Source: an uncultured Candidatus Saccharibacteria bacterium
GTDB taxonomy: Bacteria; Patescibacteriota; Minisyncoccia; UBA6257; 1-14-0-10-44-23
DNA: 53,770 nt
Reading direction: 5' to 3'
Assembly: GCA_964460325.1 (NCBI GenBank)
Contig: CAYWPI010000001.1
Span: 108,551 to 162,320 of the forward strand
The first letter of the stretch is position 1. Every line of letters begins with the position of its first letter. Below, piece by piece: positions 36,580 to 44,653 of this stretch. The notes beneath the pieces are model-generated. The model saw only the letters and a program-made list of their open reading frames with translations. It was not told where the DNA came from and searched no databases. The position numbers and the translations under genes are program-made.

Positions 36580-37716
36580 TTACCCTGCGGTTTTGATGAT
36601 ACCACCGCCGAGCATACGCCCCTGAGCATCATAGAAAACGGCTGATTGGCCCGGAGCAACAAATTTCTGCTTTTGCGCAAAGCGCAGTATACAAGCGGAA
36701 GCGGACTTTGAAGAACGCACCCGCCCGCTGGCAGACAGGGACTGGCGCGGACGGACGAAAGATAATGTCGCCCTGCATAACGGCTGACGATATCGGACGC
36801 GGGCGTATACGGAAATTCCTGATTTTACTTTTTTGCTTTCCAATGACGAATCAATAAAGTTAACATCACTTAAGCTCACCTTACTTTGGTAAAGTGAGCT
36901 GTCTCCCTCTGGAGCGAGGGTAATGGTATTGTTCTTAATATTTTTATCGGCAACATACAGCGGCACCGGACTGCCACCAACACCCAAACCTCGCCGCTGT
37001 CCAATGGTGTAATAATAAGCGCCCTGATGCTCCCCCACCTTTTCTCCAGCGCTATTGACGATTACTCCTTTACGACGCGGGATAAAATCGCTCAAAAATT
37101 CCGGCAAGCTGACTTGCCCCAAAAAGCAAATTCCTTGTGAATCTTTTTTCTCCGCGTTGGGAAGCTTGTATTTTTTCGCCAAACGACGCACCTCTGTTTT
37201 TTTAATGAGATCGCCAAGCGGAAATAAGCAGTGCGCAAGTTGTTTTTGCGTTAACGTCCACAGAAAGTATGATTGATCTTTGTCCTTATCCTTCGCAGTA
37301 TACAGAGCAAAACTTTTAACTTTTAACTTTCCATTTTTAACTGCGCGTAATCGCACATAATGCCCGGTGGCGACATAATCGGCGCCAAGTTCCATCGCCC
37401 GCTCATAAAATAGACCGAACTTTATTTCTTGATTACACATGACATCGGGATTGGGCGTAATGCCCTTTTGATAGCCATCAACCATATACTGCACCACTCG
37501 GTCGCGATACTCCTTTTCAAAATCAAATACATAGAAAGGAATCCCAAGCGTTTCAGCCGCCCGGCGGGCATCCTCCGCATCTTGCGCGGCACAACCGTCG
37601 ATGTTCCAACACTTGAGGTGTACGCCGACAACGTTAAAACCCCGCTCTTTCAACAGAGCGGCAGCAACGCTGGAATCGACACCTCCCGACATGCCCACAA
37701 ATACTGTTTTTTTCAT
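36580..37716 (-). CDS. mnmA: tRNA 2-thiouridine(34) synthase
   Basis: VFVGMSGGVDSS PP-loop and an MnmA-like core. I placed the start at MKKTVF. Confidence 0.88.
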   Translation of the reverse strand: MKKTVFVGMSGGVDSSVAAALLKERGFNVVGVHLKCWNIDGCAAQDAEDARRAAETLGIPFYVFDFEKEYRDRVVQYMVDGYQKGITPNPDVMCNQEIKFGLFYERAMELGADYVATGHYVRLRAVKNGKLKVKSFALYTAKDKDKDQSYFLWTLTQKQLAHCLFPLGDLIKKTEVRRLAKKYKLPNAEKKDSQGICFLGQVSLPEFLSDFIPRRKGVIVNSAGEKVGEHQGAYYYTIGQRRGLGVGGSPVPLYVADKNIKNNTITLAPEGDSSLYQSKVSLSDVNFIDSSLESKKVKSGISVYARVRYRQPLCRATLSFVRPRQSLSASGRVRSSKSASACILRFAQKQKFVAPGQSAVFYDAQGRMLGGGIIKTAG

Positions 37717-37731
37717 ACCTCTCAATATTAC

Positions 37732-37764
37732 TATCCTTATATCCTTAAGTTTATGAGTATATTA
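37732..37764. repeat. 33-nt repeat, copy A (TATCCTTATATCCTTAAGTTTATGAGTATATTA)
   Basis: About 27/33 identical (my hand alignment) to copy B at 38068-38100. It lies upstream of mnmA and overlaps the ArsR-like stop. Confidence 0.8.
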
Positions 37765-38049
37765 TTGGGTGAGCTGAAAGGACTTCAGGAAACGAAGAAA
37801 TGTTTTTCCGTAGGGTGAAAGCGTGTGCTCCACAAAGGTGCCTCGATATTTTTTATTAATAAGCCCGGCAAGATGAAGCCGCCTCGTGTGCTCCCCGATT
37901 GTTTTTTCATTTGCTCCAATAGTTTTAACAATATTCTCAAGAGTGACGCGCTCGTGATCAGCAATAACAAATAATATCTCGATACGCCGATGATTCGCCA
38001 CACCCTTCAGATGTCGCTCCATTTGCTTTGCCGTCTTTATCTTTTCCAT
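37762..38049 (-). CDS. ArsR/SmtB-family transcriptional regulator, paralog 2
   Basis: 95 aa reading ANHRRIEILFVIADHERVTLENIVKTIGANEKTIGEHTRRLHLAGLI. It aligns along its length with 21623-21889. Confidence 0.75.
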   Translation of the reverse strand: MEKIKTAKQMERHLKGVANHRRIEILFVIADHERVTLENIVKTIGANEKTIGEHTRRLHLAGLINKKYRGTFVEHTLSPYGKTFLRFLKSFQLTQ

Positions 38050-38067
38050 AATGGTATCCTATACTGA

Positions 38068-38100
38068 TATCCTTATATTCTCAAGTATATGAGTATATAT
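38068..38100. repeat. 33-nt repeat, copy B (TATCCTTATATTCTCAAGTATATGAGTATATAT)
   Basis: It lies 19 nt upstream of the ArsR-like ATG at 38049. Confidence 0.8.
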
Positions 38101-38232
38101 GTGTGTGGAGAGAAAATCAGAAATCATTTACGCACCATACACGGATAAGATTCTGATCATATGTTGCGGGCTGTGAAAAATCCAAGCGAGCAGTGATCGA
38201 TCCTTCGCGGAATCCGCCCGCCTCAGGTGAGC

Positions 38233-39636
38233 TTAAGATGCGGATGAATGAGTTTTTGAGAAAAAATCACGCGTATTCCTCAATTGATCTGCATTATTGG
38301 CTGTCACCCAATACTCACCCGTGTGACGGTGAGCAACAAGCGTACCTGCTGCTGCTAATTTCGGAAAGACATCACGCTCAATCGAAAAAGCCTTGGGCAT
38401 GCCGCTAAAAACATCTGCCTGAAGATAATAATGCCCAATATTAACCATCCCCCGCTTTGCATTCGGATCTTTTTCTCTAAACGTGCAGATTTTTTTCTGC
38501 TCATCGCAATCGATAAGACCAAAAGTGCTCGCGTCGTCAATTTCCATAATCGAAAGAACGTTGAACATATCGCCGCCACTGTGCCGAATAAGGGCATGAA
38601 GGTTTACATCAGCTAAATCGTCGCAGTTAATGGCAATAAATGGTTCCTTAGTATCTCCCAGGGCAAGCTTGATACCGCCGCCAGTTCCCAGCGGCTCTGT
38701 TTCGATCGCGTATTTAATATCAGCATGCCCGTTTTGCGCAAGCCACTCAACCACCTGCTCCGCCTTATGCCCAAGTGAAAGCGTGATATTAAAAAATCCC
38801 TGAGCATGCAGATACTCAATCTGCCGTTCAAGCATCGGCTTGCCAGCAATACTCACTAAACATTTTGGCAAGTGCTTTTCGTTTTCCGGCATACGCGTTC
38901 CCTTACCACCGGCAATGAGAATAACTGGAGTGGTATTTTTAGTAACAATCGGCTTGCCCCGGTGCAGCAACTTCTCTGCCGCATCAATATCATGCGGGTA
39001 ACCAATTGGATGCCAAAATTCGGTTTTCTCAATAACAAACTTGTGCTCTTTGATGAGCTGCGCGACTTGATCGGTCATGTAATATTCACCGCTTTCGTGT
39101 AAGCGCGCCTCATAATCAAAAATACGCGTATCAAGAACATACACGCCCACTGCCACCAAATGAGTCTTTGGCTGCTTTGGTTTTTCTTCGATAGAAATGA
39201 CATGGCCACTTGCATCCACTTCCACAACTCCAAAACGAGTTGGGTCGCTGTGTTGCTGAACCAACATGCCGATATCTTTTTTGATGAGTCTCTTGATTGC
39301 CTCTGCACTATGCAAATCATCAGCAAACATAAACAAAAATCGCTCACCTGGCTTTAAGAGGTATTTACACAAGGCAAGCGCATGGGCGTTACCAAGCTGC
39401 TTCTCTTGCAACACATAGGTCACCGGCCGTCCCTGAAATTGATCACCAAAGTAACGCCTAATAACGTCACCCTTATAGCCAATGACAATAATGAGCTCGG
39501 TTATTTCATCGGGTAAACTTTCAATAATATGATGCAGTAGTGGTTTACCAAGCACCTCCACCATCGGCTTTGGCTTCACAAGCGTTAAGGGCCGCATACG
39601 CTTTCCTTCGCCAGCAGCAAGTATAATCGCCTTCAT
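38233..39636 (-). CDS. Tandem (two-domain) sugar-1-phosphate nucleotidyltransferase
   Basis: 467 aa with two NTP-transferase G-loops: IILAAGEGKRMRPLTLVKPKPMV at the N-terminus and VILIAGGKGTRMPENEKHLPKCLV at about aa 228. Confidence 0.78.
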   Translation of the reverse strand: MKAIILAAGEGKRMRPLTLVKPKPMVEVLGKPLLHHIIESLPDEITELIIVIGYKGDVIRRYFGDQFQGRPVTYVLQEKQLGNAHALALCKYLLKPGERFLFMFADDLHSAEAIKRLIKKDIGMLVQQHSDPTRFGVVEVDASGHVISIEEKPKQPKTHLVAVGVYVLDTRIFDYEARLHESGEYYMTDQVAQLIKEHKFVIEKTEFWHPIGYPHDIDAAEKLLHRGKPIVTKNTTPVILIAGGKGTRMPENEKHLPKCLVSIAGKPMLERQIEYLHAQGFFNITLSLGHKAEQVVEWLAQNGHADIKYAIETEPLGTGGGIKLALGDTKEPFIAINCDDLADVNLHALIRHSGGDMFNVLSIMEIDDASTFGLIDCDEQKKICTFREKDPNAKRGMVNIGHYYLQADVFSGMPKAFSIERDVFPKLAAAGTLVAHRHTGEYWVTANNADQLRNTRDFFSKTHSSAS

Positions 39637-39744
39637 ATCATTGATTATAGATGACAGATTATAGATTACAAAGTTGACTTTTGAGCTTATTTTCGTTATC
39701 CTGCTCCCATCTATAATATATAATTTGAAATCGGTAATCTCATT

Positions 39745-40320
39745 ATGCTTTCTTACAATGATCTTAAAGAAGGAGCGATGTTCGTTTATGAAGGCGCGCC
39801 ATACGAGGTGATTAAATTCGCTTTTCTACGCATGCAACAGCGCAAGCCCGTTGCTCAAACTTCTATTAAAAACCTTATCACGGGTAAGATTTTGGAACGC
39901 AATTTCCACATGAACGAAAGCTTCGAAGAAGTGGAAATTGAAAAAATTCCCGTTAAATATCTCTATAACAGCCGAGGTGATTATTGGTTCTGTCATGCCA
40001 AGGATCCAAGTAAGCGCTTTTCGTTGAAAGAAGATATCGCCGGCACCGCCGCTCATTTTACCAAACAGAACACCGAGGTGATTGCCCTCAAGTGGAACGA
40101 TCAAATTATTAACGTCATTTGGCCCATTAAAGCCGATCTTAAAATAACCGAAACACCTCCTGGCGAAAAAGGAAATTCTGCGAGCAATACCACTAAAGCG
40201 GCGACCCTTGAAACGGGCGCCGTCGTACAAGTTCCCATGTTCGTTAATCAAGGCGACATCATCCGGCTGAACACAACAACGGGACAGTATGTGGAGCGAG
40301 TCGAGAAGGGCAAAGAATAA
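39745..40320 (+). CDS. efp: Elongation factor P
   Basis: 191 aa with three-domain EF-P-like sequence (...VIKFAFLRMQQRKPVAQTSIKNLITGK...VQVPMFVNQGDIIRLNT...). Confidence 0.9.
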   Translation: MLSYNDLKEGAMFVYEGAPYEVIKFAFLRMQQRKPVAQTSIKNLITGKILERNFHMNESFEEVEIEKIPVKYLYNSRGDYWFCHAKDPSKRFSLKEDIAGTAAHFTKQNTEVIALKWNDQIINVIWPIKADLKITETPPGEKGNSASNTTKAATLETGAVVQVPMFVNQGDIIRLNTTTGQYVERVEKGKE

Positions 40321-40427
40321 CAGAAAGTGAGTAGTAGGCAGTATGTAGAAGGTAGTAGAGATACAGAAAGGAATCCTTTGCCTGTTTTGAATCTACTACG
40401 ACCAACTATATACTATCTTCTTCGCTT

Positions 40428-42497
40428 CTATCTTTCCCCCTCCAGCTTCTCCAGCTCCCAGATTTCCTGCCCCACCTTGCCCTCAATCACCTCCAGGTCT
40501 TGCATAATCTGCTGTTCGCGACGCTGTTCCTCTGTTGAAAGCTTGCGTTCCATTTTAATTTTTTTAATGAGCGCAAACTCCATTTCCATGTCATGACGCA
40601 ACAGAGCAAACCCACGACGGATAGACTCTTCTCCTTTACGCACCTCCTCCAAAAACTTACGATGCTCCCGTTTAATAACGCTCCAGTGGCGAATCACTAA
40701 AAATCCAAGCGTAAACACAATCGCCACCAAAACGCCAATAATGAGCAAATAGGCTAACTCATAACTGACACGGGCTGGTCCAAGCTTAAGCGCACCTGTG
40801 CGCACAACCATAGTCAGCTGCGAACTGGGCGGACTCATGGTCTCGCCTATTCTGCTCTGCGACCAAAGCACATAATTTCCCTTTGTAAGCGCCGCGGGGT
40901 GGTGATAAAACCACTCACCACTTTCATTCGAAACCGTTGCCGCCGAAAGCGTTTCACCAGTGGTAAGATTACTCCAATACACCACCACATCGGTTTGCGG
41001 CGTCACCGTTTCTCCACCCACATAAAACGTTTCCTCGGTGGTGAGATCGCGTGAAATTGTTGTTACGTGAGGCGGAGTCAACACCGATGTTGTGGTATTT
41101 GATTCATGAGCGGTCTGCGCCACTGTCACACTGCCGCCAATTCCCAACGAAAGAACAAAAAGCACAATGACGGCTATTTTGCCGTATTTTTTGCGATATA
41201 CTTTAAGCTCCTCAAGCTGCTTGCGAACCGTCTCGGGGACATTATTCTTCCGCTCATGCAAGCCAAGTCGCTTTGGCCAATGTTTAAGCCGCCAACCGGC
41301 AAATCCGAAAAAGAGCAACACAAGAAGTGCGACAAGCCAAAACCACATCCAGCTTATGGTAAACGCGCTGGTTATCCGCAACCCCTCGTTTTGCACTATC
41401 CCCAACAATGGACTCACAATCGCAAGTCGCCTGGTTACTTCACGATAGTTATATGCTTTATCATATGCCCGCAAAAGAACATCATAACTGCCCGGCTCAA
41501 GCGGGAAAAGGATATGCGGGCTTTGCACATCACTGAATAATTCTAAATCAGCTTCAGCTTCTGTAGTTCGCTGGGCAAGCGATATAACCTTCATCTCATA
41601 GTGATCAATGCCCGACTGCGCGTCAGTAGTAAAAAACTTTAGGACGGGCTGATCAACCGAGGTGCGCGCCGAAGGCAGAACTTCTATCTCAAACTCGGCG
41701 GGCGGTGTTTTATCTATATTAATTTGAAAATGAGTAACGCCGCCCCATACGCCATCTTGCAGGGAACGCACATGAAAGAAATACGTGCCGCTTTCAAGTT
41801 GAGTATAGGAAATTGTAGTTTGGGACCCTTCAGAAATGGTATCCGGCTTGAACAATGCGTCGTTATTCAAAATAAAACTATACCCTTCCGCGCCGGGCTC
41901 TCCAACCCATTCAATAACAGCATCCGTGTTTGAAAACCAGCGGGACTGATCGGGGTGCGTTGGCGAACTCACCGCCGGCCCAGCTGCTCTGGGCAACGTG
42001 GCGGCATATATCGCACCAGGAGTCCGCACAAGCACGTTCGTGCCCTGCCCATCGTTTGCTAACACTTTCGTGTCTGGCGTAAATTGCAAGAAAGAGCTCC
42101 CACTCGCTTTCACTCGAAAACGAATGGTAGTGATAAGACCGTTGGTGATGGTAATCCCTCCGGGAAAGCCACCCCGCATCTCTACCAAACCGTCTTTATT
42201 GTTAAACTTTGGCTGACCTGCCCAGATTTCAATGATAGATTTACCAGTGTTGGGCGAAACCACCTGAAGCTTATCTGCGGGGAATTCAAGCCCAAGCTCA
42301 ACGGCATTGATTTCTTGTCCCTGTGTATCTAATAAAATGGAAACATCAAATGTTTCACCAACTTCAAATGTTTGCGAGGCTGAAGAAAGAGAAAAAGTGG
42401 CAGCATGGGCAGAAGTAGGTAGTAAGTAGAGAGTAGTAAGTAGTAGGAAAGCAAAAACTAACCACCACTTTTTAATTTTTTGCATTTGGTTTTTCAT
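40428..42497 (-). CDS. Cohesin-domain polytopic membrane protein with a cytoplasmic coiled-coil tail
   Basis: 689 aa. Signal peptide ...LLLTTLYLLPTSAHAATF. Cohesin-like module (FEVGETFDVSILLDTQGQEINAVELGLEFPADKLQVV...). Ig/Fn3-like modules (THPDQSRWFSN...). Three internal TM helices. The C-terminus is charged and heptad-like. Confidence 0.62.
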   Translation of the reverse strand: MKNQMQKIKKWWLVFAFLLLTTLYLLPTSAHAATFSLSSASQTFEVGETFDVSILLDTQGQEINAVELGLEFPADKLQVVSPNTGKSIIEIWAGQPKFNNKDGLVEMRGGFPGGITITNGLITTIRFRVKASGSSFLQFTPDTKVLANDGQGTNVLVRTPGAIYAATLPRAAGPAVSSPTHPDQSRWFSNTDAVIEWVGEPGAEGYSFILNNDALFKPDTISEGSQTTISYTQLESGTYFFHVRSLQDGVWGGVTHFQINIDKTPPAEFEIEVLPSARTSVDQPVLKFFTTDAQSGIDHYEMKVISLAQRTTEAEADLELFSDVQSPHILFPLEPGSYDVLLRAYDKAYNYREVTRRLAIVSPLLGIVQNEGLRITSAFTISWMWFWLVALLVLLFFGFAGWRLKHWPKRLGLHERKNNVPETVRKQLEELKVYRKKYGKIAVIVLFVLSLGIGGSVTVAQTAHESNTTTSVLTPPHVTTISRDLTTEETFYVGGETVTPQTDVVVYWSNLTTGETLSAATVSNESGEWFYHHPAALTKGNYVLWSQSRIGETMSPPSSQLTMVVRTGALKLGPARVSYELAYLLIIGVLVAIVFTLGFLVIRHWSVIKREHRKFLEEVRKGEESIRRGFALLRHDMEMEFALIKKIKMERKLSTEEQRREQQIMQDLEVIEGKVGQEIWELEKLEGER

Positions 42498-42527
42498 ACT
42501 ACATACTACTGACTACATGCTTGGTTC

Positions 42528-43655
42528 TCACTTCTTCCCTATTATACCAGACGCCCAAACAAGCAACACAAAGAGAATTGCCATCCACACCCAGGCAGAA
42601 TAATTTTTCTGCGGACCAGGAATAAACTTTTCAATATAATTGCCCGCTTGATCATAAGCGCGCAAAGCAATAATCGAATACTCATCGGGCAGCGGTTGAG
42701 GAGAAAGAGCGGTAAACGGCTCCTCACTATCAATATGCACTTCATAATATTCAATTCCCGAAATCTGATCATCTGCCAAAAAAGTCAAAAACGACCGCCC
42801 TTCTGTTTCTGATATGCCTGCATTCTTTTTTACTTCCAGCCATACTGGATCTGAAACATCATTCATCAGTCGATAGCGCGAAACTACGTTGCTACCAACT
42901 TTTTTAACCGCAAAATACGTAATACCCTCCGGCACGTCATCTAACTTCAAATCCCCTTGCCACTGCGCCGATCCCCCTGGCCTGTCTGCAACATCATCAG
43001 GAACTTCAAGTGGATCCCTTGTTATGACATAACTATAGGAAGCCCCTGGCTCAAGCTCAAAATGAATCTGCGCCTTTGTGGCGGCATACCATTGCGTCTC
43101 GTCAGGGTGAGTCAGCGAAGTAATAGCCACATAATCTTTTGACGGCGGCAACACGCTCACCGCCGAACTCATCACATCAACGGAAACGCTCTTGCCGGTT
43201 CCATCAGCTAACAAAACTTTAACGGCCGATGGGACAAACGCAAGAGTCGCCCTACCCGGCAGCTCGCCGCGCAACGCAACGCGTGCCAATAAATGCTCTC
43301 CCGAAAGACCAGCGGGAATGCCACCAACCAATCGAAAACTTGATTTTCCTTTTATATTCGGTTGCTCAATAAAGACATCAATGGCCGAGCCAGCATTGTC
43401 AATTCCTCGTAAAGTTGCCGCCACGCCCGACAGAGATCCTTCAAGTTCAACCGCGTTAATACTTTCTCCTTCGGTATCGATGCGCACATCCACCAACGCT
43501 TCCTCACCGGGCATCAGCGAAATCTGTTGAGGGTAAAAATAGAGGGTGGCTGCTTGAGCAAAAGTAGGTAGTATGTAGAATGTAGTAAGCAGTAGCAGAT
43601 AAAATCCAAATCGCCCACTTCGCCCGATATGATTTTGTACATTCATGTGACGCAT
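42528..43655 (-). CDS. Cohesin-domain surface protein with a C-terminal TM anchor
   Basis: 375 aa. Signal peptide LLLLTTFYILPTFAQAATLYF. Cohesin-like module (ISLMPGEEALVDVRIDTEGESINAVELEGSL...). A THPDETQWY module. C-terminal TM helix. Confidence 0.62.
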   Translation of the reverse strand: MRHMNVQNHIGRSGRFGFYLLLLTTFYILPTFAQAATLYFYPQQISLMPGEEALVDVRIDTEGESINAVELEGSLSGVAATLRGIDNAGSAIDVFIEQPNIKGKSSFRLVGGIPAGLSGEHLLARVALRGELPGRATLAFVPSAVKVLLADGTGKSVSVDVMSSAVSVLPPSKDYVAITSLTHPDETQWYAATKAQIHFELEPGASYSYVITRDPLEVPDDVADRPGGSAQWQGDLKLDDVPEGITYFAVKKVGSNVVSRYRLMNDVSDPVWLEVKKNAGISETEGRSFLTFLADDQISGIEYYEVHIDSEEPFTALSPQPLPDEYSIIALRAYDQAGNYIEKFIPGPQKNYSAWVWMAILFVLLVWASGIIGKK

Positions 43656-43688
43656 ATATTTATTGTACTCCGACCTTGCTTTTTCCCC

Positions 43689-43722
43689 CTACTACGCACT
43701 ACATACTACCCTCTACCTACTT
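43689..43722. repeat. CTAC-rich intergenic element, copy 1 (CTACTACGCACTACATACTACCCTCTACCTACTT)
   Basis: Its first 28 nt are about 25/28 identical (hand alignment) to 48734-48761. It is also an inverted, imperfect copy of the signal-peptide-coding block at 43564-43597. Confidence 0.85.
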
Positions 43723-43725
43723 GCC

Positions 43726-44616
43726 TTAACTCTGCTGATACTTGACTGTCCACTCATACATCAAAATCGAAAAATCGACCAAGTTGACCGTTTGATCGCC
43801 ATTACGATCAACGCATCCGTTTGCAAGACCACTTTTGGGCAATGGCCGACCCCAGTAATACAACAAAATAGAAAGATCGGTGAGATTTATCGCGCCGTCA
43901 TTATTAAAATCGGAATTGGAACATGTGACCAGGTGCAATGCCAGATCGCTTGAAAACGGAGAAAGAATGCTTTGGGGTTCATATTGATAATTTGCTTTAT
44001 ACGAAAAATTGCCTGGATTAAACTCTTCGCGCGCCAACTTATACTCCCATCGCCCATTCGCACCCGCGACAGTCGTCAGCGGCGCGGTAAACGTATTGAT
44101 ATTATTAAAGACCCTTACCACGCTTGCCGGAAAAGCACTACCATACATAGTTAACGCTCCGCCTTCGGTGATGTGTTCATGCCCAATAGTCGGCGGGAGC
44201 GAAACCAAATCTATCTCCGCGACCGAACCTTCAGTCAACGTAAAAGAAATATTTACGGTCGGCGAAATCAAACCATAACGATCTCGGGCCCATAAACCAA
44301 AAGTTGCGCTGCCCGGATCAACCAAAAATAATCGTTCAAATCGACCAGAAGCCTCCGCCACCTCGGTGCCGATAACCGCTCCATCGCGCAAAAACGTTAC
44401 AATCGCCCCCGGATACGCAAACCCAGAAATACGCACATTGCCAACAGGCTGTGGGGCTCCCCCGCTACCACCCGACACTGGAGTCGAGGATCCGGGGATG
44501 GTAAGCATGATCGTTAAATCGGTCGCCCGGATGGAACCGATAAAAAGAATTTGAGCAAGAAGGGCAAGAAGAAGAAAAAAAGAAAAATAAATTATCCTGC
44601 TTTTTCTATATACCAT
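43726..44616 (-). CDS. Secreted Ig-like-domain protein with a C-terminal dockerin module
   Basis: 296 aa with a signal peptide and two EF-hand-like dockerin repeats, DFNNDGAINLTDLSILLYYW and DRNGDQTVNLVDFSILMYEW. Confidence 0.72.
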   Translation of the reverse strand: MVYRKSRIIYFSFFLLLALLAQILFIGSIRATDLTIMLTIPGSSTPVSGGSGGAPQPVGNVRISGFAYPGAIVTFLRDGAVIGTEVAEASGRFERLFLVDPGSATFGLWARDRYGLISPTVNISFTLTEGSVAEIDLVSLPPTIGHEHITEGGALTMYGSAFPASVVRVFNNINTFTAPLTTVAGANGRWEYKLAREEFNPGNFSYKANYQYEPQSILSPFSSDLALHLVTCSNSDFNNDGAINLTDLSILLYYWGRPLPKSGLANGCVDRNGDQTVNLVDFSILMYEWTVKYQQS

Positions 44617-44653
44617 GTAAGCATAAAGCCAAATAATCCGTCACAGCAGGGCA

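Noticed and set aside
43663-43953. Plus-strand ORFs 43663-43953 and 48642-48842, whose products contain signal-peptide-like strings (HTTLYLLALTLL and LLLTTYYPL).
   Set aside because: They are the mirror image of the inverted CTAC blocks. They overlap strongly supported minus-strand genes, and they lack an RBS or any recognisable domain.
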